From Eledone cirrhosa (Eukaryota): a stretch of DNA of 64,000 nucleotides. Of the stretch, positions 12,958-25,719 are shown one piece after another. The DNA lies in assembly GCA_964016885.1 (NCBI GenBank), contig OZ024746.1, forward strand, positions 99,262,001 through 99,326,000, given 5' to 3'. The notes under the pieces were generated by a model, which had not been told where the DNA came from, ran no database searches, and saw only the letters and a program-made list of their open reading frames with translations. The position numbers and the translations under genes are program-made. How positions within the stretch are numbered: the first letter of the stretch is position 1; every line of letters begins with the position of its first letter.

Positions 12958-14829
12958 GTGTGTGATATTCTATGGCCAGAAAATGAGATCGAGCTGACTT
13001 GTTTCTGTTCCTCACAACGAAGTTAAATTGTATCTTGTTCAAAGATATACACCTCACACTTAAGGATGAAAGGCAAAGTCAACCTCGGCAGGATTTGAAC
13101 TCAGATCGTAAAGGGACGTAACTATGCTGGAAGGCATGGCGTCCGACCCTCTTCATCACAAGAATGAATATATATAATTCTGTAAGTAGATTCTTGCAGC
13201 CATTAATTATGATTTTCACCAACAAGTTGAATAACTTCAATTCAGTTGATTTATATAATATTGCTAAGAATAGTAAGACACACTCACTGTTTGGTTTGGT
13301 TTTCTCAAAATTATTTCGTCACATATTTTTTCTGGGACATCTTCGGTGATTATCGCTGTGTTTCCTCCCGTTGTGTTTCTATAACAGTTTTTTTGTCCCT
13401 GTTTGCGCAGATTTATATGAAATTTTTAATATATAGCCGAATTTCTTTGTATTATTGCTTCCGAAAATTTTTGTAATCTAAGTCTTATTACAGGGACTTC
13501 TTAGCATTAGCTATAATCGCAACAAATTCACTCAATATTTGACCACGGGTTTATTTATCTACAGCTTATTCAATAACCTTTCCTCTTTACAGACGATTCA
13601 TCATCGCATTTATTGACTGTAAAGTTGAAGTATGTCTCCCTTACTACTTTCTCCAATCAACAGTTTTCAATTAACCTTAATACAACTTATCCGTTGGCTT
13701 CTCAAAAACTAAATCATATGAAAATCTTATCCGTTTGAATGTTGCGACATTTTGACAGCTAAATAAAACATCAACAATTTCCGCAAAATGATAAATCCCA
13801 TGTGATGAAGCCTATTGTGACATTCGAATTTGAAATATTTCCCTTTTGTTTTTAACTACGTAAACATTCAATATGCTATTATCTTTGGCAATAATAACAA
13901 AGTGGTCTCAGTTTTCTTCATGACTTCATTCATCCCTTAACTCCCCTTCCGTTCCCAACATTCCATATCCAGTTGGCCTGTCTCAAGGTGGTGAAGATGT
14001 GGTAAGAGAGAATCATACACTGACAACTGAAACATCTACCTACTCTCATAAAACTAACTAGTTTTTTTGTGTTATCTTTCAACGAGGAAAGTTTTTCAAC
14101 ACCAAACTAAATCACACCCTGTAGAAACTATAAATTATTCCCACGAAAATGTTATTCCCATTCTATTTCTGTATCCTTAAGTGAAAGACTTGAGAAATTC
14201 TCCCCAAAATTTGTCGGTTTTGTTAGAAATGACATTGCTTACCCTTCACGTGTTCGAGTAATCTTAAATCTTTACAATATAATTAATCAGCCCCTTTACA
14301 GACACGTCTTTTAAACTATGGAACTATTTCCGCTATGTAACTATTTGTAAAGCAGCTCCTGAGATTTTTCAACTTAACTTCTGGAACTTATAGAGAAAAT
14401 ATAGTAAAATTGTTTTAAAAATCGTAGTTATTTAGATTAGAAATTTACGACAGCTGGTTAATTTGAAATGGCATCAGTTTAACAAACAAATGCGTAAGAG
14501 TTAATATCTGTTCCTTGACACTTACTTGTCATCTCGCTGTAATAAACATGTACGATAGAAGATATTTTTATCTACGAAAGAAGCAAGATAATTGTATAAA
14601 GAACAATTGTATAGAAGTTCTATAAACTTGTGTAAAATTTAAAACATGTCGTACACTGTAACAATCGTACAAGAAATGATATTTCTTGATGTTTCAGTTG
14701 AATTGACTGACTGTTCTAAAGCAGTGGTCGCTAACCAGTGGTGCGAGAGAAAATGTTGGTAGTGCGAGAGAAAATGTTGGTGGTGCGCAGAAAAATGTGG
14801 ACATTATTTGCAATTGTTGCTTTATTAAT

Positions 14830-15242
14830 AATTGTTTCTACTTTTGGCACAAGGCCAGCAATTACCCAGTGCATTACTAGTACATTATTTTATTGACCCC
14901 GTAAGGATGAAAGGCAAAGTTAACCTCGGCGGGATTTGAACTCAGAATGGAAAGGGCCGTAACTCAATGCGTCAAAGCATGGCGTCCAACCCTCTACCGA
15001 TACTGCCCTATGTTTTAATAATAATGGTTTCTTATATAGGCACAAGGCCAGCATATTTTGGGGAGGGGGAAGTCGATTAAATCGACCCCAGTGAGTGACT
15101 GGTACTTTATTTTATCGACCCCGTAAGGATGAAAGGCAAAGTTAACCTCGGCGGGATTTGAGCTCAGGCCATAAAGGGCCATAACTCTATACTGCAAAGC
15201 ATGGCATCCGACCTCGACCGATACTGCCAATCGACCACCCTC
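14830..15242 (-). mobile_element. Two tandem main-family SINEs
   Basis: consensus match. Confidence 0.85.
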
Positions 15243-15332
15243 TATTTTTTTATTAATAATAAAAGAAAAATAATATTCGGTTAAAATATATTTTCCAACC
15301 CCCCTAAAAAATGTTTCTCCTCAGTAAAGAAG

Positions 15333-16625
15333 AATTTTACACATATGTATCATCTATCAACAATATGACACAGGTACACTTCAGTATTGTTTAATAAAAT
15401 GGAAGTTCTCTGATCAGTATTTTACACATATATATCCTCTATCAACAATATGACACAGGTACACTTCAGTATTGTTTAATAAAATGGAAGTTCTCTGATC
15501 AGTATTTTACACATATATATCCTCTATCAACAATATGACACAGGTACACTTCAGTATTGTTTAATAAAATGGAAGTTCTCTGATCAGTATTTTACACATA
15601 TATATCATCTATCGACAATATGACACAGGTACACTTCAGTATTGTTTAATAAAATGGAAGTTCTCTGATCTGTATTTTACACATATATATCATCTATCAA
15701 CAATATGACACAGGTACACTTCAGTATTGTTTAATAAAAGGGGAGTTCTCTGATCATTATTTTACACATATGTATCATCTATCAACAATATGACACAGGT
15801 ACACTTCAGTATTGTTTAATAAAATGGAAGTTCTCTGATCTGTATTTTACACATATATATCATATATTGACAATATGACACAGGTACACTTCAGTATTGT
15901 TTAATAAAATAGAAGTTCTCTGATCAGTATTTTACACATATATATCATATATTGACAATATGACACAGGTACACTTCAGTATTGTTTAATAAAATAGAAG
16001 TTCTCTGATCTGTATTTTACACATATATATCATCTATCGACAATATGACACAGGTACACTTCAGTATTGTTTAATAAAATGGAAGTTCTCTGATCTGTAT
16101 TTTACACATATATATCATCTATCGACAATATGACACAGGTACACTTCAGTATTGTTTAATAAAATGGAAGTTCTCTGATCTGTATTTTACACATATATAT
16201 CATCTATCGACAATATGACACAGGTACACTTCAGTATTGTTTAATAAAATGGAAGTTCTCTGATCTGTATTTTACACATATATATCATCTATCGACAATA
16301 TGACACAGGTACACTTCAGTATTGTTTAATAAAATGGAAGTTCTCTGATCTGTATTTTACACATATATATCATCTATCGACAATATGACACAGGTACACT
16401 TCAGTATTGTTTAATAAAATGGAAGTTCTCTGATCTGTATTTTACACATGTATATCATCTATCAACAATATGACACAGGTACACTTCAGTATTGTTTAAT
16501 AAAAGGGGAGTTCTCTGATCATTATTTTACACATATGTATCATCTATCAACAATATGACACAGGTACACTTCAGTATTGTTTAATAAAAGGGGAGTTCTC
16601 TGATCATTATTTTACAAATATATTT
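15333..16625. repeat. 85-bp minisatellite, ~15 copies
   Basis: caatatgacacaggtacacttcag recurs at 15361, 15446, 15531... Confidence 0.95.
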
Positions 16626-16792
16626 ATCTTTTTAAAAAAATTTATATTAGTGGTCCATGGGATTTAAAATCATGAATGTTGTGGTCCGTGAGGTCGGAAA
16701 AGTTGGTGACCGCTGGTGTAAAGTATGACTGATAATGTACAAAATGAATGTAAGGAATCCGGTGGAATTAATTCTAATATGTGCAATGAATT

Positions 16793-16975
16793 AGGGGTGG
16801 ATTGACAGTATCATTAGAGTCTTGGATAACACGCTTTAGAGCATAGAGTTACGTTCATTTACGTTTTCAGTTCAAATCCCGCAGAGGTTAGCTTTGCCTT
16901 TCATCCTTTCGGCGTCAATAAAATAAAGTACCAGTAACACACTGCGGTCGATTTAATCGACATTCCTCTTCTCAG
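16793..16975 (+). mobile_element. Main-family SINE (diverged)
   Basis: consensus match. Confidence 0.75.
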
Positions 16976-17058
16976 AAAGCAATGACTGGGAATCACAAGA
17001 AATAAAAGCATGTATTGAACGTAACTTCTTGAAGGATATAAGCAGTGTAAATGAAATA

Positions 17059-17227
17059 CCGTATTTCTCGGCGTCGAAGACGCTACCTTTTTCCTAAAAT
17101 ACGTCTCAAAAATTTACCATGCATCCTGGAGGCCGAAGGTTGTTTATTAATTTTTTTTTAAATTTTTGGTTGTCAAAATTCGGGTGCGTCCTCGAGGACG
17201 AAGCGTCTTCGGCGCCGAGAAATACGG
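17059..17227. mobile_element. Tc1/mariner(pogo)-type MITE; partial second copy at ~23715-23828
   Basis: TIR ccgtatttctcggcgtcgaagacgc / gcgtcttcggcgccgagaaatacgg, TA on both sides. Confidence 0.85.
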
Positions 17228-17637
17228 TAGTTTGAAAATGGAAGCAGACTTAAACTTTAAATTACGGTACTTACCGTGGTAGTATATAACTGATGAATCT
17301 TACGTTGATTTAAAGGGCCAAAACACTCTCTTGAGCGGGGAAGGGTCTTCTCTAAAAACCTTCTGCTGTCCAGCTCTCCTGAGAGTTTCTTACCACTGTT
17401 GACGTAAATCCCCACCAAGAATTTGAACAATATGAAACAGTCACTAGTGCCAATAACATTTCCAGGTGAACCCCTCCGTAAAAACGGGATAATGACTTTT
17501 GTTTGGTATTATTTTGAAACTTAATGGGGAAAACCGTCCAGCAATTCGTTAGAAACTATATAGATATAACAATGGCCATCGCTTTCGCATGTAGTCAAGT
17601 GTCAAATGTGATAAGTGCCAAATGCCTTATACAAAGA

Positions 17638-18110
17638 GTGGAGACTTCTGCTGTCCTTGGCCCTACGACCACCTCCCTCCGCACCACCATCAGTACCCTG
17701 TAGCAGTAGAGACTTCTGCTGTCCTTGGCCCTACGACCACCTCCCTCCGCACCACCATCAGCACCCTGTAGCAGTGGAAACTTCTAGTGTCCTCGGACCA
17801 CCTCCCTACTTACCACCATCAACACCCCGTAGCACTGGAGACTTCTGGTGTCCTCGGCCTTAGGACCACCTCCCTACTCATCACCATCGGCACGGAGTTT
17901 ACTACCCGCAGGTGTGAGCCTCGTGAGCTGGAATGTCTCTTCGAACGCATCTCCCTCACCATCCTCCGGAGAAATGCTTTCTTTATTCTGTCCGCCGGGA
18001 CTGCGGCGCGTCAAGCACGTGGGCACCCATTTGTTTATAATATTGAGAGATGGTAAGAACGAGAGAGATGGTGGCAGTGAAAATACCAGCATTGCTGAAG
18101 TATTTTGTAG
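17638..18110 (+). mobile_element. 3' end of CRE-type (RLE endonuclease) LINE with 61-68-bp tandem duplications at its 5' junction
   Basis: PVA(L/V)ETSGVLG...E..CLFERISLTILRRNA matches the CRE RLE C-terminus pattern P.AVET.G.LG...F..R.S....RGNA. Confidence 0.75.
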
Positions 18111-18979
18111 AGTTATAGATTAAGTTATTTCATTAAATATTTGATAAAGGAGATTGAAACCCTCCTCCAATCTATCTATGCATAAAACATGCATAGATAC
18201 ATCACAACTACCCACACGGCCACCTACAGATGGCTGGTCACGCTTGGGGATCCAGCCGCATCAGTTGGAGTCGGGTGCTTCTGACAGGACCCACTGGAGG
18301 AAGTGTTTGAGGACTCTTGCTCCCCACGACCCTCTCGGGAATAAGTGGGCAAAGAAGAAGAAGAAAAGAAGATTAAATATTTGACATTACTGAGGTTATA
18401 GCTGAAATGTAAAAGAAACTACACTATAAGGTCTATAAAATTAGAATCTTATCTACTTATTTCCAAATTAATTTCGCTACTTAATTCCTATATTTTTAAT
18501 CGTTGATTATCCGATTAAAGTGTATATGACACAGTCATAACACGTTAGTAGCTCAGATTTCTTCTAATTTCATCTGACGATCAATTTAGTGAGTTTATTA
18601 TAATGCAATACATTGTTCTGCCTTTTCTCATTTTAAATATTTCAAAGAGGACTTATAAATTACGTCGTTAGATATTTATACAAATATTCTTTAAAAGAGG
18701 ATTGACAAAGAAGGGTGTATAAATATGCGACAATGTTTCATGATACGAACTGTAACTAACATATTTTCAATGTTGTAAATAAAATAATTACTGCATTCCT
18801 ATGAAACAATATAGCCATTTGCATTTATTTTGGTTACAGTAAACAAATATTTTTATCATTGTATCATTTTTAGTTAAATATGATACATTGACTGCCCAGT
18901 ACAATAGACCTTTGACTACTACTACTATTACTACTACTACTACTACTACTACCACTACCACCACCACCACCATCACCAC

Positions 18980-19388
18980 CAATCCTTACCTATGGTCGTG
19001 AATCTTGGGTAATGACCGAAAGAATACGATCGCGAATCCAAGCAGTCGAAATAGAGTTCCTCCGAAGGGGCTTTGGAGTAAAGTTACTCAATAGAGTGTG
19101 TAGCTCGGGGATCAGAGAGTCACTCCAGTTAGAGCTGCTACTTCTCCAAATTGAGAGATCACAGCTCCGATACTATCGGCATGTGGTTAAAAAGTCTCAA
19201 GAAAGAGTAGCTGGACAGATTTTACGGGCAAAACCAATCGACAGGAGACCCAGGGGTAAACCCCGAGCAAGAGAGTTTGATAACATCCATGAGCTTGGCT
19301 GGTTGAAAATGGTTGCTTCTGACAGGACTCGCTGGAAGGAGTGTTAGGGGAATCTGCCCCCACGACCCTCTCAGGAATAAGTGGGCGC
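18980..19388 (+). mobile_element. RTE LINE 3' end; related fragments at 18215-18370, 32095-32240, 53740-54125
   Basis: PILTYGRESWVMTERIRSRIQAVE...RRPRGKPR.R; shared 3' tail gccccacgaccctctc.ggaataagtgggc. Confidence 0.85.
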
Positions 19389-19589
19389 AGAAGATTTGCT
19401 AATATGTATAGCTTGTGGGGGTAAATTATCAATATAAAGAATCTTCAAATTTATTAACTCTTTAAGAATAAAAAAAAGTCTAAAAGTATAAAATCGGGCT
19501 TTCAATAACAAATATAACCATAAAGATGTATATTAATGCCATCTATGAAGTTAACCATTTGAATTGTTTCAATAACAGCATTTTATTTA

Positions 19590-19770
19590 ATTTCTCTATT
19601 CTGTCCGCCGGAGCCAGTCCACCGGCCAGTCCACAGGGGTCACGGGGTGGCCAGCGCCTGTGTCCTCATTTGCTCATAATAGTGAGAGATGGGGAGAGCG
19701 GGGGAGATGGACGCAGTGACAGTGGGAGTTTGGTTTCTTTGTGTTCGGACTTGGTATGTATGTATATATT
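19590..19770 (+). mobile_element. CRE-type LINE extreme 3' fragment
   Basis: homologous to 17975-18090 and 49090-49240. Confidence 0.65.
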
Positions 19771-19944
19771 TCACCGACACACTCAATAGCAAACTTTAAT
19801 AGAGTTTGTCTTTAATAAGTTTATACCTTCCAAGTACACTAATGCAAGTACACAAAACTGACAAGAATCGGAACTATCGCTGGTTTCTTTAACACAACTC
19901 TTGTAAGCAAAGCAAGCTAGACGCTTCTTCAGACAGATGTATGT

Positions 19945-20285
19945 ATGGTCCCGTAACTCCTGATAGAGTCGTGGGGCCGTCGTATTGACATACAGCGTTT
20001 CTCGGGAATGTTAAGCCTGGTGGAGCCCATCCCTCTCCAGGCCTGAGTACAGCAGATTTCTTCCAGAGAAAGATAGAAAGTGAGAGAGAGGAAATGAGGA
20101 AGAGATATAGAGGAAGAATCGACCCCAGTACTAGACTGGTACTTTTGTTATCGACCTCGAAAGGATGAAAGGTAAAGTTGACCTCGGTGGGATTTGAACT
20201 CAGAGAGCAGAGAGCCGGAACAAATACCATAAAGCATTCTATCTGACGTGCTAACGACTCTGCTCTGCCAATTCGCCGCCTCTTC
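19945..20285 (-). mobile_element. SINE with alternative long tail
   Basis: homologous to 11165-11490; tcttcagaca on both flanks is a probable TSD. Confidence 0.85.
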
Positions 20286-20683
20286 AGACACATATATATA
20301 TATAACTGTTGTTGTCTGTGTGTGTCCTCATTTTTGCAAAGTCTATACAAATCCACATTTCTACTCCGATTGACTTCAAACTTGCATTTATATATTCCTT
20401 GCGATCTAAAGATATTAACTGCAGCTTTTATTTTTCAATTTTATGTTGTTAAGGGGGTGTTAGGCGCCGGTTATCTATCTCCGTCGCGCTCTTATAATAT
20501 CTGTCTGTATGCCTGGCTGTCTGCAGTACAACATTCTGACGAACATTGATGACGTATTATGTTCGCTATTTTCCGTTCTTTGCCAGGGAACGTCTTCACG
20601 AACCAAACTATCGTCTTCCTGTTTTCCTTCAGTTGCAACGTTTTTCGAAATATCTACTTTTGCGTCCACAGATTGATGTTTTT

Positions 20684-20734
20684 AGTTTCAGAAGATCCCG
20701 TTAAGGGTGAAAGCAACGATTCTTTGCTTAAACT
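20684..20734 (+). ncRNA. Hammerhead-like fold with U4A core variant; second copy at 32505-32556
   Basis: agttt-CAGAAGA-t-ccc-gttaa-ggg-t-GAAA-gcaa-cgattct-ttgc-TT-aaact. Confidence 0.6.
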
Positions 20735-20750
20735 TTAATCTGTTATTTTA

Positions 20751-21447
20751 ATCTATATATGTATATATATAAAACTGAGGAAGGATGTATGTATGTATGT
20801 ATGTATGTATGTATGTATGTATGTATGTATGTATGTATGTATGTATGTGTGTGTGTGTGTGTGAAACCCGAGAAGTACCCAACCGATTTTTTTCAAACTT
20901 TACATGTGTATTACTTATGTTTCAGGGAGTGTTATGCACATAAAAAATTCAACTTTTTGATCCCCTAGGGCCCGCATTAGGTGAAAAACTGCGTTGTTAT
21001 TAGTTTTTTAGGTTTTTTTTGAGGCGTTAAGTCAGACCGATTTCCTTGAAATTGTAACTATGTATTAGTCAGTCTCTTCTTCATACCGTGAGCAAAGAAA
21101 ATCCAACTTTTTTTATGTCCTGGGGCCCGCATTAGGTAAAAAACTTCATTTTTTCAGCTTTTTAGGGCTTTTTTGAGGCGTTACGTCTAGCTGATTTTTC
21201 CGAAATTTCAAGGCATATTATGCACATAAAAAAAATTCATTTTCTTTATCCCCTAGGGCCCGCATTAGGTGAAAACCTGCATTTTTCCAGCTTCATTGAG
21301 GAAAATCTTAGATTATCCAGACATCAGAGTATTCGGTTTATTTTCTTTACATATTGTCCAGGCATGCAGTTGCTCCACGATTAGATCTGTTGGCGGCCCG
21401 CGTTCGAAAATACCTTATCCCGTGCAACGCCGGGTACCACTGCTAGT
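20751..21447. mobile_element. Non-autonomous Helentron/DINE-1-like element (partial relatives at ~20290-20480 and ~26362-26540)
   Basis: atctatata... start, (TATG)n, ccgatttttttcaaacttt block, cccgtgcaacgccggg hairpin and CTAGT end. Confidence 0.78.
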
Positions 21448-21799
21448 AAATATCCTAAAATTAACGTCTGTAATAAGCGAAAGTAAAAATACCATACTAC
21501 TCCAACACAAAAAGACACAATAGCCAGAGCTATTCTTGTAAAACGGATCAATGACCCACATTACAATTGTAATAGTAGAACTGCTATAATAAGTATTTGA
21601 TAGGATATGTGTGGTCTGGATGTCACTTAATTTCACGGATACAGAACTCGATAAATAACAAAATTACGCATTTCATTTAATCAACACAAGAGAAATTAAA
21701 ATATTGTGAGTGAGAAAATGATAAGAATATGAAATACTTCCATATGGCGCTTGAGGTAATAGCCACCTATCCCAGTTATACTTTTGACAGCTGAGGACA

Positions 21800-22090
21800 G
21801 GATATCATTTGTTTTCAACAAGTGTGTTGTGTAAAACAACGCAAATTGAGATGGTAAGGGCACGTGACAAGATCTTCAGGGATTGCCAAGACTGTCCTGC
21901 AGGGAACAGTACAAGGAGCGAGGAAGAGAGGCAGAGAGAAAAAGGGATAGGAGGACAACATCCCGTAATGGATAGGCATGAAGCTGGGCGCAACCATGAG
22001 GAAGGCGGAGAAGTGAGAGGGGTGGAAGGAGCTGGTTGCCAAGTCATTTATTGGCACCCAACGGTTTACCAGACTACGGGATAGATGCTA
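21800..22090 (+). mobile_element. RTE LINE 3' end
   Basis: across frameshifts: KLRW*GHVTRSSGIAKTVLQGTVQGARKRGRQRK. Confidence 0.75.
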
Positions 22091-22839
22091 ATGCGTCAGA
22101 TAGAATATATGAATATGTGAGGAGGTGAGGCATATAGATTTTTGTAGCAGCAAGCTCGAAACCAGACTGTTGCTACCATTACATGTACAAATATACAGAT
22201 ACATCCTCAACACCCCAGGACAAAACTATAAAACGCTTTTTTCTCTTTCACAAATTACAAGCTTTCGTGGGGTCAGATCTCTGTCTGATTTGAGGTTGAC
22301 TACCTCCCTGTTTCCTAATGGTAACACTAAGAAGGGTTGTGGGCGCTGCCATTTCGTCCCCGACTAAGCGATTTTTGTTGTTGTTGTTTATCGGAATTAA
22401 AATATCACTTTATTAATGAAAACGTTTAAATACAAACTTGGTGAATCATATGCAAGTTATAAGATGTAACTCTATACATCAACTTAATCGATATAAATGC
22501 TAGATCAAATACTGGATAGTATTTCACACAAATCGATATAATTTGTATATGATTCATAGACTGAGTTATAGTCTGTAGTAGTGAACAATGCGTGTTCTTC
22601 CTATGTAGCCAACTATCATAGCTGATCCTACAGAGGTCTGCTTGTTCAACACCTAGACAATATCATACAAGAAATATATTTCATATCAACCCTGCCTCTG
22701 TCTATCAATGCAACGAATCAATACATCTTCGTTCAAGATGCTAGAAATACCACCTAACTTCTCTTACTGGCTTAAATAAGATGACAGATGTTCTAAAAGT
22801 GTGCTTGTGTGTGGGTGAGAGGGGGGAGAGGGTGAAAAG

Positions 22840-23077
22840 TACATCAAATATCAAATGATACATATTATATATAAATATAGTAAAATAAAAAATATATAAT
22901 ATTTATTTATACATAGTATATATTATATTATTTATTATATATAAATTAACGATTTTATTTATTATATATTATTTACAATTTGCATGTAGGTAGGTCTCTC
23001 TGAAAATAGGGGTGGGGCATTGAGGGTGTTACATGGCCGTGAGGGGGATGGTGGCCCAAAAAGTTTGAGAACCTTTG
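22840..23077. mobile_element. hAT MITE half; inverted partial copy at 24263-24405
   Basis: homologous to 39960-40193, ends tttgagaacctttg. Confidence 0.75.
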
Positions 23078-23239
23078 CCCTAGATAATGTAGTTCTAGAT
23101 ACATTGTTTCTGAAGAAATAAGGGGGTAGTTTTGTTTGGAGAGTCTTTAATTACAGGTCTGTTCAGAAGGATGGTCTGGAACAAAGTATTGCTGCTCTTG
23201 GATTCTCAGATAAGGAAATTAGTTCCGTCATTCTCTCAA

Positions 23240-23550
23240 TCACTCACGAATCGATTTCCTCGATCCAATGAACAGTACTCTTTCCATTTGTTTCGATCTA
23301 CCATTATCTCTCCAAGATCCGTTAAATTTCCTCCTGTGTCAGCACATACCATATCCAGATCCTCTGTTGCAGGACAACCTCTTCTTCTATGACCGTGCGC
23401 AGGCTTCCCTAACACGGCTGACAGATTCGTTTGTTGCTCTGTAAATGTCCCACAAAGCACATCCTTCTTAGACGAACAACATCTAGATAGAGTTCTCCAT
23501 TTGTGACTCTCTGTCGCCAAGATATGTAGAAAGCCTGTCACAAACTTCAA
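23240..23550 (-). mobile_element. Decayed RTE LINE 3' end
   Basis: ISWRQRVTNGELY and KPAHGHRRRGCP motifs in different frames. Confidence 0.6.
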
Positions 23551-24584
23551 ATGAGTAGAATAGAATAAACGATAAAGACTTTGAAAATTTCTTATTGGAT
23601 ATAAATGTAAGTGACCCCCAAACAGAGCACCATGAGCTGTAGGTAGGAGGGCCGCAAAAATAATCATATTTGAAAAGTATGAAAAATACAAACTGAAAGC
23701 CTTTTCTACGTCCATTAAAACTATGTGTCCTGGAGGCCGGAGGTTGTTTATTATATTTTTTCAAATTTTTGGTTGTCAAAATTAGGATACGTCCTCGAGG
23801 ACGAAGCGTCTTCGGCGCCGAGAAATACAAGTTAAATAAACGACCAGTAACGAACTGGTCTCGATTTAATCGGCTTTCATCTTCTCTTCAAGAGTTTTGG
23901 CCTTGTGACAACTGTTGAAACAATTATATAACTACCGTAATTAGTTTTTATTAAGGCGTATTCAGATAATAAAACACTATTGGATTTCTTGTGAAATGTA
24001 AGAAACTAATTTGTTTTCAAAAATGTTTATTTGCGCATGTTTATAACCTTCTTGTGACTAATACACTGTGCTCTACATACGCGGACAATATCAATAGTAT
24101 ACTTTATAATTCAATTATGTAAAGGCCATTTAGGTAATCCATGAGTTTTAAATACAAACGCAGGATTAAGGGAAAGTGAAAAGAATTTAAAATAATATAA
24201 AACATATTTTTCGTCTTTTTTCTTGAAATAATTAGATTATAAAAAGTAATTTATAAATTAGCTCAGAGGTTCTTAAACTTTTTGGGTCACCGTCTCCTTC
24301 ACGGCCACGTAATACCCTCAGAGCCCCCACCCCTATTTCCAGAGAGACATGCCTGCACACAAATTGTAAATAATATATAATAAATAAAATCGTTAATTTA
24401 TATATATTATAATTGAATATAAAAGAAAGATAAACACAGATATATACATATATGTGTTGAAATCGTAAGGGACCAGATTCGCTAAGATGAAAAGAATACT
24501 AACTATAGACAATAGGGTTTGCCAGATTCAATTTAAGAATAAATCAAGAAAATCAATACAAACCGGAATTGTGGTAACTACCAA

Positions 24585-24664
24585 TCACCCAGACAGTTTT
24601 GGTAATGCTGTTTCGCAAAATTAATTGTAAAGAGGAATACCGATTCTTGCTCATCAGTGGGTGA
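24585..24664 (-). ncRNA. Type I hammerhead ribozyme, intact core
   Basis: tcaccca-CTGATGA-gcaagaat...attttgc-GAAA-cag-cattaccaaaa-ctg-TC-tgggtga. Confidence 0.9.
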
Positions 24665-24803
24665 ATAATTAGTATCCTGGTCACTTCTAAGTATATTAAA
24701 AAACTGAATAGTGTGCTTATATATAATAACGCACATGGTATCGGAACTTAGCGTGTCTCACAAACTCACACCATTAACAATAGCAGCCAGATTTACTAAT
24801 TCT

Positions 24804-24884
24804 TCACCCACTGATGACCAAGAATCGGTATTTGTCTTCACATTTAATTTTGCTAAACAGCATAGCCAAACGCTGTCCGGGTGA
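24804..24884 (+). ncRNA. Degenerate hammerhead (GAAA>TAAA, G10.1>C)
   Basis: mirror copy of 24585-24664. Confidence 0.7.
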
Positions 24885-25162
24885 TTGGTAGTTGCAACAA
24901 TTCCGGTTTGTATTTATTTTCTTGATTTATTCTTAAATTGAGTCTGGCAAACCCTATTGTCTATAGTTAGTATTCTTTTCACCTTAGCGAATCTGGTCCC
25001 TTACGATTTGAACACATATATGTATATATCTGTGTTTGTTTTTTCTTTTATATTCAATTATAATATACGGCTCGGAAAAATCTCTTTCCTAGACCTATTT
25101 TATTCTAAGAGACTATTTTGTGTTTCTAACTGATATACCTTTGATATAATTTATATATAATG

Positions 25163-25637
25163 ATTTCTAGTATAGGCACAAGGCCGTTAATTTGGGGCGG
25201 AGGGGAAAGTCGATTAAATCGACCCCACTACGTTACTGGTGCTTTATTTTATCGACCCCGTAAGGATGAACGGCAGCGTTAACATCGGCGGGATTTGAAC
25301 TGAGACCGTAAAGGACCGTAACTCTATGCTGCAAAGCATGGTGTCCGACCCTCTACCGATACTGCCAATCCAACGCCCTCGTTAATTTATATATACTAAA
25401 TAATATATATATATAATAATAATTGTTACTACTTTAGGCACAAGGCCAGCAATTACCCAGTGCATTACTGGTACTTTATTTTATCGACCCCGTAAGGATG
25501 AAAGGCGAAGTCAACCTCGGCGGGATTTGAACTCAGATCGTAAAGGGACGTAACTATGCTGGAAAGCATGGCGTCCGACCCTCTACCGATACTGCCAATC
25601 CACCGCCCTCGGTGAATTGGCAGTATCGGTAGAGGGT
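25163..25637 (-). mobile_element. Two tandem main-family SINEs; the second has an inverted duplication of its 5' end (25578-25637)
   Basis: consensus match; accctctaccgatactgccaat...attggcagtatcggtagagggt. Confidence 0.85.
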
Positions 25638-25719
25638 ACCCTTGACATATATATAATAGAATAAATATGGTTTTATAAATATAGTTTCCATTTATTTAAT
25701 ATCATTGTATATATATATA

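Larger units (their letters stand above)
14722..16715. mobile_element. Non-autonomous hAT element containing two SINEs and an 85-bp tandem array
   Basis: TIRs cagtggtcgctaac / gttggtgaccgctg; degenerate 8-bp TSD ttctaaag/gtgtaaag. Confidence 0.72.
24403..25067. mobile_element. Fold-back pair of PLE tails (~280-bp arms, ~100-bp spacer)
   Basis: 24403-24685 is the near reverse complement of 24785-25067; a hammerhead lies in each arm. Confidence 0.85.

Noticed and set aside
7489-16625. 46-bp and 85-bp arrays as CRISPR
   Set aside because: Head-to-tail units without unique spacers; eukaryotic context; no cas genes
17290-17320. CTGATGA-atc..gat hairpin as a hammerhead
   Set aside because: No GAAA and no stems I/III
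17276-17505. Possible minus-strand exon (~76 open codons before GTAAGT)
   Set aside because: No polypyrimidine acceptor or recognisable domain; compatible with chance
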